Assembly: GCA_030153785.1 (NCBI GenBank) | Contig: JASKLF010000006.1 | Span: forward strand, 32,001 to 96,000 | Direction of reading: 5' to 3' | Length of the DNA stretch: 64,000 bases | Source of the DNA: a bacterium | Lineage (GTDB): Bacteria; Synergistota; GBS-1 | Shown: piece by piece, positions 11,368-20,384 of the stretch | Position numbering within the stretch: position 1 is the stretch's first letter | Layout: every line of letters starts with the position of its first letter | Made by a program: the position numbers and the translations under genes | Notes under the pieces: generated by a model | What the model was told of the DNA's origin: nothing | Database searches by the model: none | The model's input: the letters and a program-made list of their open reading frames with translations, nothing else

Positions 11368-12125
11368 TACTGCTTGAACCACTTGTCTATCAGTGCCTGA
11401 AGTTCTCCGCTTGCCTTCATCTCCTCTAAAACCTTATTGATTGCCTGTAGCAGTTTTGTATCTTCCTTCCTCAAAGCTAAGGCCTTTCCAGCTTCCGTTA
11501 TAACCTGATCGAAAGCTATCTTTACCTTACCCTTAAAATCCTTGCTCTCGCAGAACTTCACAGCAACAGGCTTATCCATTAAGGTAGCATCGGCTCGCCC
11601 AAGAACCACTTCTCTAACACAATCATCAAACTTTTGGAATCTCTTCATCGTAACACCAGGAATTTTCGAACAAAAGGTATCTTGAACCGTACCAAGCTGA
11701 ACAGCAATTGTCTTACCTTTCAAATCGTCAAGAGTCTTTATAGAATTATCATCCGCTCTAACCACAAAAGAGCTGAGACTTATGTAATAAGGGATAGAGA
11801 AAGCTACCTTTTTCGCTCTCTCTTCCGTAGCAGACATGCCAGCAGCAATTATGTCGATCTTTCCTGCTAGAAGAGCCGGAATAAGCGAATCGAAAGGCAT
11901 ATCAACCCATTCTATCTTTTTGCCTATCCTTTTAGCTATCGTCTCCATAAGTTCAATATCAAACCCTACAAGATTGTTATTTTTGTCCCTAAATTCAAAA
12001 GGAGGATAAGTACTTTCCGTTCCCACCTTCAAAACATCCTTATCCATAGCATCCCCAAAGGCAATTCCTAATCCAGAGAAACCAACTAAAGAAACAACCA
12101 AAAGCACTATTAAACACTTCTTCAT
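11367..12125 (-). CDS. Amino-acid ABC substrate-binding protein (SBP family 3)
   Basis: Signal peptide; YPPFE, GFDIEL, GMSATEER and VQLGT motifs. Confidence 0.93.
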   Translation of the reverse strand: MKKCLIVLLVVSLVGFSGLGIAFGDAMDKDVLKVGTESTYPPFEFRDKNNNLVGFDIELMETIAKRIGKKIEWVDMPFDSLIPALLAGKIDIIAAGMSATEERAKKVAFSIPYYISLSSFVVRADDNSIKTLDDLKGKTIAVQLGTVQDTFCSKIPGVTMKRFQKFDDCVREVVLGRADATLMDKPVAVKFCESKDFKGKVKIAFDQVITEAGKALALRKEDTKLLQAINKVLEEMKASGELQALIDKWFKQ

Positions 12126-12167
12126 TATATCTACCTCCTTCTCTAAGTTTTATTCTGTTTCGAGTTA

Positions 12168-12197
12168 ATTATAACATACAAGTGGTTCTGATATAAT
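12168..12197. promoter_or_regulatory. Back-to-back extended -10 promoters
   Basis: TGTTATAAT on minus (12176-12168) and TGATATAAT on plus (12189-12197) between divergent genes. Confidence 0.6.
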
Positions 12198-12227
12198 AGA
12201 AAGGACAAAGCAAAAGCACAAAGGAGG

Positions 12228-12830
12228 GTGATAAAATTGAGAAAAACTTTAACGATTTTGCTTTTCTCCCTTTTCCTCGCAATTGCCAATATTTCTTGGG
12301 CTCAAACGGAAAATCAAAACATCAATTCTTTAGCTGAAGAAATCAAACAGTTGTTTTCAAAGGGAGACTATAAAGCCGCTTTAATAAAATCACGAGAGCT
12401 CTACTTAGCTATCTGGAACAAATCGCCACTATTTTATTCAAAGGCAGTTTTAGTAGAAAACGAACCAGAAGGTGTAGGGCTATATGTGGAAAGGAAAAAC
12501 AACAAGTTCACAGAAGGAGACCCAATATATATTTACGTCGAACCCATGGGATACACCGTAGTCAAAAAGGGAGACAATTATTCCTTTGGACTTGCAGCAG
12601 ATTTCGCAATATTAGACAGTGAGGGGAATCACCTTTACGAAAAGAAAAACTTTGGAACCTGGAGCATGGAATCAAAAAACTTCAACACAGAGTTCTTCCT
12701 CTTTCTAAGGTACTCATTCACAGGCATAAGACCTGGAAAGTATAGAATCATAACGACCCTAAGAGACATAAACGACCCCAATAAGAAAATGGAGGTAGAC
12801 GTACCCATAGAAATTGTTCCAAGCCAGTAA
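12228..12830 (+). CDS. Exported hypothetical protein (helical N-terminal part plus beta-rich domain)
   Basis: Signal peptide ending in SWA; SD AAGGAGG, with likely start TTG at 12237. Confidence 0.75.
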   Translation: MIKLRKTLTILLFSLFLAIANISWAQTENQNINSLAEEIKQLFSKGDYKAALIKSRELYLAIWNKSPLFYSKAVLVENEPEGVGLYVERKNNKFTEGDPIYIYVEPMGYTVVKKGDNYSFGLAADFAILDSEGNHLYEKKNFGTWSMESKNFNTEFFLFLRYSFTGIRPGKYRIITTLRDINDPNKKMEVDVPIEIVPSQ

Positions 12831-12835
12831 AGTAT

Positions 12836-13591
12836 TCAAACCTTAGCAATAGCTTTAAGGTAAGCAATAGCTTCATTCTTCGTTCTTATAATACCTTTCA
12901 GCTGAGCCTCATACAAACTTTCCTTTAAAACACCAACCCTTTTACCAGGAGGAATGCAAAGGTAAGCCATTATTTCATAACCGTTCAAAAGAGGAAAAGG
13001 TTTAGCTTTTTCCTTTTCCCATCTATCTTTAAGGAGCTCCATTTTTCTTTTATTTTCAAGGAAGACTTCAGAATACCCGATACTTCCCTTTAAATCCACC
13101 TCGGTTAATAAAAGAAGATCTTCGAGATAGGGATATTCTCTTACGAGCTTTAAAAGCTTTTTTTCGCTCAAAGGCTGATGTAACTTCATATGGTCTAATA
13201 CAAGTTTCTTTACCTTTTTAACTACATTTCTAAGGAGTGGATATTTAAAGAAAAACTTAACAACCCTTTTCGCCCCCTCCTTCTCGTGCCCCCAAAAGTT
13301 GTTCCCATCAAAGACCACGCATTTACCAACATCGTGAAACAGAGAAGCTAAAACTATGGTAAAAGGATATCTCTCTTCTTCAGCAATACCCACGCATTTA
13401 AGGGTATGATTCCAAACACTTCCTTCAGGGTGGTAATGAGGATCTTGAGAAATTCTTTCGAGACATTCAAACTCTCTAAGATAGGAGGGCAATATTCTAT
13501 TTGCCCTCAATTTTTTCAAAAACAGCTTTAATTTGCGACGTCTCAGATGCCTAACGAAAAGTCTCCTCTTACAAGACTTTACTCTCCTCAT
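12836..13591 (-). CDS. HD-domain phosphohydrolase resembling the C-terminal half of CCA-adding enzymes
   Basis: Q.P.YHPEG.V..HT, LFHDVGK and PLLNG..IM...IPPGK.VG tail; own SD GGAGG. Confidence 0.8.
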   Translation of the reverse strand: MRRVKSCKRRLFVRHLRRRKLKLFLKKLRANRILPSYLREFECLERISQDPHYHPEGSVWNHTLKCVGIAEEERYPFTIVLASLFHDVGKCVVFDGNNFWGHEKEGAKRVVKFFFKYPLLRNVVKKVKKLVLDHMKLHQPLSEKKLLKLVREYPYLEDLLLLTEVDLKGSIGYSEVFLENKRKMELLKDRWEKEKAKPFPLLNGYEIMAYLCIPPGKRVGVLKESLYEAQLKGIIRTKNEAIAYLKAIAKV

Positions 13592-14411
13592 CTAAAATAT
13601 CCTCCAGGAAACAAGCAACACCATCACTTGCATTCGAAGGGATTATCATATCTGCTTCCCTTTTTACTTCCTCCGGTGCATTATCCATGGCTACCCCCAA
13701 ACCTGCACACCTTATAGCATCAATATCGTTAAGATTATCACCTACGAAAACTATTTTTTCCAAAGGCACTCCATAAAATTCAGAAAAGTAGCGTAAAGAA
13801 ATTTCCTTAGAACAACCGGGACCGTAAACTTCAAGAAAAGCTTCTCCCCCAGCTTTAGAGTTAAGGATCAAGCTCACATCTCTCCCCTGAAAAGTATTGA
13901 CAAACTCCACTACTTTCTCCGTCTTACCAACGAGAACTACTTCATTGAATGAAAGGGACCAATTCAATGCTTCTATAATATTATCTACCAAAAAAGCATT
14001 GGGAAGAGATTTTTCAAAATAAAAAAGGAATGGAGAATTTGATGGAAATTCCTTCTCCATCACAATATATGGAGGAGTAAAAGATGGTGTAAAAAGCATG
14101 GGGAACAATCCAAGTTCCTTCGCAGTCAAGAGAACCTCAAGAAGCCTCTCCCGCGGAAAGTTAACAAGCCTGTAAACTTCTAAAGGGTCAAAGGAAAGCA
14201 TTAAAGCACTATTCTGGAAAGAAACAAGCCCTTTAATGCCTAAGGCTTCCACGTAGGGCTTAGCTGACGGAAAAGTCCGACCTGTAGAAATGGTAACTTT
14301 CAAGCCACAGGCAAATGCACTTTTTATAGCTTTAAGAGCCCTCGATGTTATAGTCTTTGCAGGATCTAAAAGTGTTCCATCTAAATCAAAAACGATTAAC
14401 TCGTATTTCAT
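13569..14411 (-). CDS. Cof-type HAD-IIB hydrolase
   Basis: FDLDGTLL, STGR and GDNLND motifs; start at ATG 14411 overlaps the upstream stop. Confidence 0.92.
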   Translation of the reverse strand: MKYELIVFDLDGTLLDPAKTITSRALKAIKSAFACGLKVTISTGRTFPSAKPYVEALGIKGLVSFQNSALMLSFDPLEVYRLVNFPRERLLEVLLTAKELGLFPMLFTPSFTPPYIVMEKEFPSNSPFLFYFEKSLPNAFLVDNIIEALNWSLSFNEVVLVGKTEKVVEFVNTFQGRDVSLILNSKAGGEAFLEVYGPGCSKEISLRYFSEFYGVPLEKIVFVGDNLNDIDAIRCAGLGVAMDNAPEEVKREADMIIPSNASDGVACFLEDILDEESKVL

Positions 14412-14701
14412 TTCACTCTCTCCACTTCCCAAAAGAATATTTCCAATCCCTCCTCTTTAACTTCACTTTTATTCTTTAACTCCGTAAGAGCTCTTAGAAG
14501 AAGAGCCTCCTTTTCCCCATCGGTTACTACTAAAAAAACCTCGTTCATTGCAGGCCACACTGGAGTGCCTAAGCGAAAACCCTTTCCGCCCTTACCTTTA
14601 ACTAAACTCCACTGAGTATAACCGTCTACTCCCGCTTTTTCCAGAATCTCTTTTAAATCCTCTTCCAATGTTGAATTTCCTACTATCAGAAAAGCTTTCA
14701 A
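14408..14701 (-). CDS. P-II-like protein (PG0541-type)
   Basis: 97 aa from TTG 14701 after SD GGAGGG; GYT.W..V.GKG...RLGTPVWP.MN motif. The listed 206-aa ORF is over-extended. Confidence 0.75.
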   Translation of the reverse strand: MKAFLIVGNSTLEEDLKEILEKAGVDGYTQWSLVKGKGGKGFRLGTPVWPAMNEVFLVVTDGEKEALLLRALTELKNKSEVKEEGLEIFFWEVERVK

Positions 14702-14722
14702 ATTTATCCCTCCAATTAAAAA

Positions 14723-14731
14723 TGTTATAAT
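14723..14731 (+). promoter_or_regulatory. Extended -10 promoter of the glycogen-cluster transcript, probably leaderless
   Basis: TGTTATAAT ends 7 nt before ATG 14739; no SD present. Confidence 0.55.
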
Positions 14732-14738
14732 AATACTC

Positions 14739-16208
14739 ATGAAAAGGTCATCGAGGCTCATCTTAATTATAGCACTCTTATCACTTCTATATCCTCTTCC
14801 CCTATATGCTAAAGCAGTCTCATGGGAAAAGTTCGTAAAAGACCTAACAGTTGTATCTAAAATCCATTTAAATCTACCCCTGACAAAATCAGCCTTAAGG
14901 GACTCCAAAAATCGACCTATATCCCGAGGAGAAGCCATTTTTCTAACGATAGAAGCTTTAGGATTGGGTTTTGAATCTTTCCTGCTCCAAGAAAAAAGCG
15001 TATTTAAGAGCACAGGCCTACCCTCCACTCTTGAAAGAGCTATTAAGCTGTCCTTCTACATGGAACCACCCCTATTTGAACCATCCAAGCTAAAATCCAT
15101 TCAATGGCTTAAAGGAAACCTAACTGAAAAAGAAGCAAAAGCTCTTATACAAAAAGCCTTTTACATAAAAAATCGTGAAGGAAAGGTTAGCTTTAAAGAA
15201 CAGATAAACGAAGACCTCGAACTTTATTGGGAGAGGAACTTAAATCCAAATTTTTACATGGCATATCTCAAATTCAATCCGAAATCAAACAAACTAACTT
15301 TGAGAGTAGGTCTTGCGGGCAACCAAGTTCAAAACAGAGAAAGGCTCAGCGATATATGTGCAAGGTTAAACGCCATAGGAGGAATAAATGGTGGATTTTT
15401 TAAAGCAGATGGGGATCCTGTAGGAGCCCTTATGATAGACGGATTTTTAATAAGTGAACCTTTTCAAAATAGAGGATGCTTTGGATGGAACGAAAAGGGA
15501 GATTTTATATTTGGTAGAGTGAGCTGGGAAGGCATGTTAGAAACGCAAAGCGGAATTGTTCTCAGTATAGACGGCTTAAACAGAAAGCCATCTGGGGAAG
15601 AAATAATTATCTACACACCTTTTTACGGAGAATATCTAAAACTTGAAACTGAAACCAAAATTGCGATAATAAGAAATTGGAAAGTAACCGAAATAAAAAA
15701 TGGACATCAGGAGTTTATCCCTCAAGATGGATTCATTGTCGTTGGATATGGAGAAAAAGAGCGAGAGATAGAATCATTAAGAATTGGCGAACAAGTCTCC
15801 CTAAAAGCTTATCTGATCCCTGAAAAGAAAGACACTAAGTGGAGAAAAATAACCTTTCTTATCCAAGGAGGACCGATGCTAATAGAAAACGGTGAAATAG
15901 TTAACCAAGATGAGGGCTTCAGCGAAGAATTATTGAACAAAAAGCACCCAAGAACAATCATAGGAGAAACGCAGGATGGAAAGCTCCTTCTAATGGTCGT
16001 AGACGGTAGAAACCCTATTAGGGGGGAGGGTTTAACGATAGAAGAGCTCAAAACCATCCTTAAGAAGTTAAAACTAAAGAACGCCCTTAACTTAGACGGA
16101 GGGGGCTCAACAACCCTTTATCTTAAAGGAAAGCTCTATAATATGCCCTCTGATGGAAAGGAAAGAGAAATAAGCTATGCATTAGTTATTTTAAATAGAA
16201 AAAGGTGA
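14739..16208 (+). CDS. Exported phosphodiester glycosidase (NAGPA/DUF2233) family protein
   Basis: Signal peptide; INGGFF, GGPML, HPRT, VDGR and NLDGGGS motifs; SLH-like ISRGEA segment near the N-terminus. Confidence 0.88.
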   Translation: MKRSSRLILIIALLSLLYPLPLYAKAVSWEKFVKDLTVVSKIHLNLPLTKSALRDSKNRPISRGEAIFLTIEALGLGFESFLLQEKSVFKSTGLPSTLERAIKLSFYMEPPLFEPSKLKSIQWLKGNLTEKEAKALIQKAFYIKNREGKVSFKEQINEDLELYWERNLNPNFYMAYLKFNPKSNKLTLRVGLAGNQVQNRERLSDICARLNAIGGINGGFFKADGDPVGALMIDGFLISEPFQNRGCFGWNEKGDFIFGRVSWEGMLETQSGIVLSIDGLNRKPSGEEIIIYTPFYGEYLKLETETKIAIIRNWKVTEIKNGHQEFIPQDGFIVVGYGEKEREIESLRIGEQVSLKAYLIPEKKDTKWRKITFLIQGGPMLIENGEIVNQDEGFSEELLNKKHPRTIIGETQDGKLLLMVVDGRNPIRGEGLTIEELKTILKKLKLKNALNLDGGGSTTLYLKGKLYNMPSDGKEREISYALVILNRKR

Positions 16209-16214
16209 ATAGCT

Positions 16215-18608
16215 ATGAATAAATTTATATGTGTTCACGGGCATTTCTACCAACCACCAAGGGAAAACCCATATTTCGAAGAAATTTTTAAACAAAAGGA
16301 AGCTTCTCCCTTCCATGATTGGAATGAAAAAATATATAACGAGAGTTACCTGCCCAATACAGCGTCGAGGGTTTTAGACGAAAACAACAGAATCTTGGAT
16401 ATAGTTAACAATTACAAATACCTGAGTTTCAATTTTGGCCCAACCCTTATAGCGTGGCTCAAAAGAAAACATCCTGAACTTATAGAAAGTTTGAAAGAGG
16501 CAGATCAAGAAAATATCAGAACCTTTGGTGGCTTTGGTAATGCAATAGCACAAGCCCATAGCCACATGATAATGCCTCTTGCGAAAGAATTAGATATGAG
16601 AATCCAAATAGTTTGGGGAATAAAATCCTTTGAAAATACCTTCGGAAGAAAACCAGGGGGAATGTGGTTGCCCGAAACAGCGGTAGATCTAAAGACCTTA
16701 AAAATCCTATCGGAAGAAGGCATAAAGTTTACAATCCTGGGAGCCCACCAGTGTGAGAAAGTAAAATCTCCCGATGGCAAGTGGATCGACGTAGACGAAG
16801 GCTCCTTAGATGTAACAAGACCTTATAAGGTCTCAATTAGTGATAACGCTTGTATATGGATATTCTTCTTCCATCGTGCCTTATCAGGAAACCTTTCCTT
16901 TGGAAACATGCTCCGGAATGGAGACGCCATGGGAGAAAGGCTAATTCAGGAAATTTTAAAATCAAGCTTATCTCCAGCAATTCTACTTTTAGCTTGTGAC
17001 GGAGAAACCTTTGGGCATCATCATAAGTTTGGAGAAATGGCTCTCTCCAGAGCTATTAAAAGAATAAAGCTTGACAATTCGGTAAGCATAGCTCCACTCG
17101 AATACATACTAACCCTCTTTGAGAATCAACCCTCATGGGAAGCAAAAATCAAAGAAAACACATCTTGGTCTTGTGCCCATGGAATAAAGAGATGGCAAGA
17201 AGATTGCGGTTGTTCCACGGGAGGAGAACCGGGATGGCACCAAAAATGGAGAGGTCCCTTAAGAGAAGCAATAAATTTCTTGATAGACAAATTTGACGAA
17301 CTTTTTGAAGCTCTGTCCCCAAAGCTCTTCAAGGATCCTTTACGAGCTTTAGAAGACTATATAGACCTGATCGAAAACAAGGTAAGCTACCAAGACTTCT
17401 TGCAAGAGCATATTAAAAAACCAGAAACAAATGCATCATTATGTCTAAAACTTCTTGAACTACAAAGAATGAAGATGTTTTCCCAAACTTCTTGCGGATG
17501 GTTCTTTAGCGATATATCCGGAGTCGAAACGGTTCAAATCCTCTTATATGCATCAAGAGGAATGCTACTATACAAAGAAATTAAAGGGATAGATTTGGAA
17601 CCCAAATTCAAGGAAATATTAGAAAAAGCTCCTGGAAACAGGCCTAACTTTCCTACAGGAAAAGCTGTTTATGAAAAACTGGTTACCCCCGCTATATACA
17701 ACAAGGACAAATTATTAGCAAGCCTGGCCTTTCTATCAAAGATAAAAGGGAAGAACTTTAAAATTGGAGCCTTTAAGGTAAACTCCGAAATTTTGTCTTT
17801 TCCTACCCTAAACGAAAATTCTTTAACATCGGGGAAAATAGAAGTCTCAGATTTAAGAACTCAAGAGAGCTATGGTTCTTTCTTCATAAATATAAAGCTT
17901 AAGAATCTGCAACAGTTAACCTTCCTCCTTGACGTAGAACCAGAGCAGGAAAAAAGCACAAACGAAAAGCTAACGCAAATTAATATGTCCTCTCGCTCAA
18001 ATAAGGAGATAATAGAGTTCATAAAAAGCTTCAAACCTTATGCAATGTTTGATATGAAAATATTACCAAGCGACTACATAGAAGAGGTTATGTCTAAAGA
18101 CATACTGGAGCTAAAACAAAAGCTGTTAGATATGGCAGAGATCATTTACAGAGAAGCAAGGGAAAGTATCATGACAATGAAGGAAATGGGGATAGAAATT
18201 CATCCATTGATAAAAGAATCCCTAAATCTATTTTTCGAAAATCTAATACTCAACACCCTTGAGAAATATAGTGAATCTCTATGGTCACCAGGGTATACAA
18301 ACACTCTTCTTTCTGTCATAAAAGAAGCCTCAACCTTAGGAGCAACCCCACGGTTAGAAAAGGCAAACCTGGCGATTGAAAATCGTTATAGAAATCTGCT
18401 TAACCTTTATCTTAAAACCCGAAAACGAAATTACTTAGAGGAGATAAAAGATACAATAAAGGTTGCCTTTCAGCTTAAGCTTTACCCGAGCTTGTGGATT
18501 ATGCAAAATGAAACTTATAAAATTTATGAGCAAATAAAAGAGGAGCTCAGGGAAATCCTATTAATTCTGGGGTTTTCAAATAAACTAACGAACAAGGGGG
18601 AGGGATAG
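16215..18608 (+). CDS. GH57 glycoside hydrolase with DUF3536
   Basis: HGHFYQPPRENP, WLPETA, DGETFGHH, SWSCAHG and TSCGWFF motifs. Confidence 0.9.
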   Translation: MNKFICVHGHFYQPPRENPYFEEIFKQKEASPFHDWNEKIYNESYLPNTASRVLDENNRILDIVNNYKYLSFNFGPTLIAWLKRKHPELIESLKEADQENIRTFGGFGNAIAQAHSHMIMPLAKELDMRIQIVWGIKSFENTFGRKPGGMWLPETAVDLKTLKILSEEGIKFTILGAHQCEKVKSPDGKWIDVDEGSLDVTRPYKVSISDNACIWIFFFHRALSGNLSFGNMLRNGDAMGERLIQEILKSSLSPAILLLACDGETFGHHHKFGEMALSRAIKRIKLDNSVSIAPLEYILTLFENQPSWEAKIKENTSWSCAHGIKRWQEDCGCSTGGEPGWHQKWRGPLREAINFLIDKFDELFEALSPKLFKDPLRALEDYIDLIENKVSYQDFLQEHIKKPETNASLCLKLLELQRMKMFSQTSCGWFFSDISGVETVQILLYASRGMLLYKEIKGIDLEPKFKEILEKAPGNRPNFPTGKAVYEKLVTPAIYNKDKLLASLAFLSKIKGKNFKIGAFKVNSEILSFPTLNENSLTSGKIEVSDLRTQESYGSFFINIKLKNLQQLTFLLDVEPEQEKSTNEKLTQINMSSRSNKEIIEFIKSFKPYAMFDMKILPSDYIEEVMSKDILELKQKLLDMAEIIYREARESIMTMKEMGIEIHPLIKESLNLFFENLILNTLEKYSESLWSPGYTNTLLSVIKEASTLGATPRLEKANLAIENRYRNLLNLYLKTRKRNYLEEIKDTIKVAFQLKLYPSLWIMQNETYKIYEQIKEELREILLILGFSNKLTNKGEG

Positions 18609-18614
18609 AAGAAA

Positions 18615-20369
18615 ATGAATCAAGACCCAAGAAGGGCTACATTGGGTAAAACATTAATGGACATATGGGCAAACGATCCATACTTTAGGTCTATAGCTTA
18701 TTTCTCAATGGAAATCGGGGTAGACCCTAAAATCCCAACATATGCAGGAGGACTTGGGATACTAGCGGGAGATTTATTAAAGTCAGCAGCAGATTTAAAC
18801 ATACCAATAGTTGGGGTTACCCTTCTTTACAGAAAGGGCTACTTTAAGCAAAAAATAGATAAAGATGGTGTTCAACACGAACTTCCAGAAACATGGTACC
18901 CTGAAGAAAGATTGCATCTACTTCCAAACGAGGTAAGTATCACCATAGAAAACAGAACCGTCAAAATAAGAGCATGGGAATATACGATAATAGGAGCTAC
19001 AGGATATAGAGTACCGGTATACTTTTTAGACACAGATTATGAAGCCAATCATCCTGAAGATAGAAAACTCTCATGGTACCTTTATGGAGGAGATTTACGC
19101 TACAGGCTTTGTCAAGAATTAGTATTAGGAGTTGGAGGCCTAAGGATGCTAAGAGATTTGAGATACAACAATATCAAGACATTTCACCTCAATGAAGGAC
19201 ATGCGGCCTTCATAACTTTAGAGCTTTTGAGAGAACAAGGACATGAAGACTACAATAAGATAAGAGAAAAGTGCGTTTTCACCACTCACACACCCGTAGC
19301 CGCAGGCCATGACTTCTTCCCCTATGATTTAATAGACAAGGTTATGCGTCCACCATTTCCCGAACATCTTAAAAATATGCTTGGAGGAGAAGGAGTAAGC
19401 ATGTCAGACCTTGCCTTTAAATATAGTAGATACACTAACGCTGTGAGCGAAAAACACAGAGAAGTAACAAAAAAGATATTTAACGTGGAAAACGTGGATT
19501 ACATAACTAACGGCATCCATTCCTATACGTGGGTTTGCCCAGGATTGAAAAATACCTTCTCAAAATACATAAGAGGATGGGAAAACGATCCAACAAGGTT
19601 GGTTAGAGCCTTCTCTATTCCCGACGAAGAACTGTGGAAAGCTCACCAAGCAGCAAAGCTCAAGCTTTTTGCTCATGTCCTTGAGACAACCGGCGTTGAG
19701 CTCGACCCCGACATATTAACGATCGGAGCAGCCAGACGTGCCACAGGATACAAAAGGTTAGATCTTATATTCAAAGATATAAAACGCTTAGTAGATATCT
19801 GCGCAGGAAAAGTCCAGTTCATATTTGCAGGCAAAGCACATCCTAAAGACGAGGAAGGAAAGAAAATAATTCAAAACTTAATAAAAACGGCCTCCGAGCT
19901 TTCAGACGTTGTTAAGATAGTCTTCCTTGAAAACTACAACATGGAACTTGCCGCTTTACTTACAGCAGGCGTAGATGTATGGCTTAACACACCTAAAAGA
20001 CCACTTGAAGCATGCGGAACAAGCGGTATGAAAGCCTCTGTAAACGGCGTTTTGAACTTCAGCGTTCTCGACGGATGGTGGATAGAAGGATGCAGGGAAG
20101 GCTTCACAGGATGGTCAATAGGACCATACCCCAACGAAGTAGATTTAATGGGATACGATGAAACTTTAGATGCCGAAAGCTTTTACGAGAAACTTGAAAA
20201 AGAAGTTATTCCCACATACTACGAAAAAAGAGATAGATGGATACAGATGATGAAATACTCCATAGCACTAAATGGGTCTTACTTCAACACTCATAGAATG
20301 TTAAGGGAATATGTAGAAAGGGCTTATCAAATAAAAAGACTTGTAATGGAAGGGTTTGCTCAAATATAG
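18615..20369 (+). CDS. glgP: Alpha-glucan phosphorylase (short form)
   Basis: YFSMEIG, GGLGILAGD, HLNEGH and EACGTSGMK (PLP lysine) motifs. Confidence 0.93.
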   Translation: MNQDPRRATLGKTLMDIWANDPYFRSIAYFSMEIGVDPKIPTYAGGLGILAGDLLKSAADLNIPIVGVTLLYRKGYFKQKIDKDGVQHELPETWYPEERLHLLPNEVSITIENRTVKIRAWEYTIIGATGYRVPVYFLDTDYEANHPEDRKLSWYLYGGDLRYRLCQELVLGVGGLRMLRDLRYNNIKTFHLNEGHAAFITLELLREQGHEDYNKIREKCVFTTHTPVAAGHDFFPYDLIDKVMRPPFPEHLKNMLGGEGVSMSDLAFKYSRYTNAVSEKHREVTKKIFNVENVDYITNGIHSYTWVCPGLKNTFSKYIRGWENDPTRLVRAFSIPDEELWKAHQAAKLKLFAHVLETTGVELDPDILTIGAARRATGYKRLDLIFKDIKRLVDICAGKVQFIFAGKAHPKDEEGKKIIQNLIKTASELSDVVKIVFLENYNMELAALLTAGVDVWLNTPKRPLEACGTSGMKASVNGVLNFSVLDGWWIEGCREGFTGWSIGPYPNEVDLMGYDETLDAESFYEKLEKEVIPTYYEKRDRWIQMMKYSIALNGSYFNTHRMLREYVERAYQIKRLVMEGFAQI

Positions 20370-20384
20370 GAAGGAGTTATATTT

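Noticed and set aside
14702..15028. N-terminal extension of the 206-aa minus ORF 14408..15028
   Set aside because: Antisense to the phosphodiester glycosidase gene; SD and motif support begin only at TTG 14701
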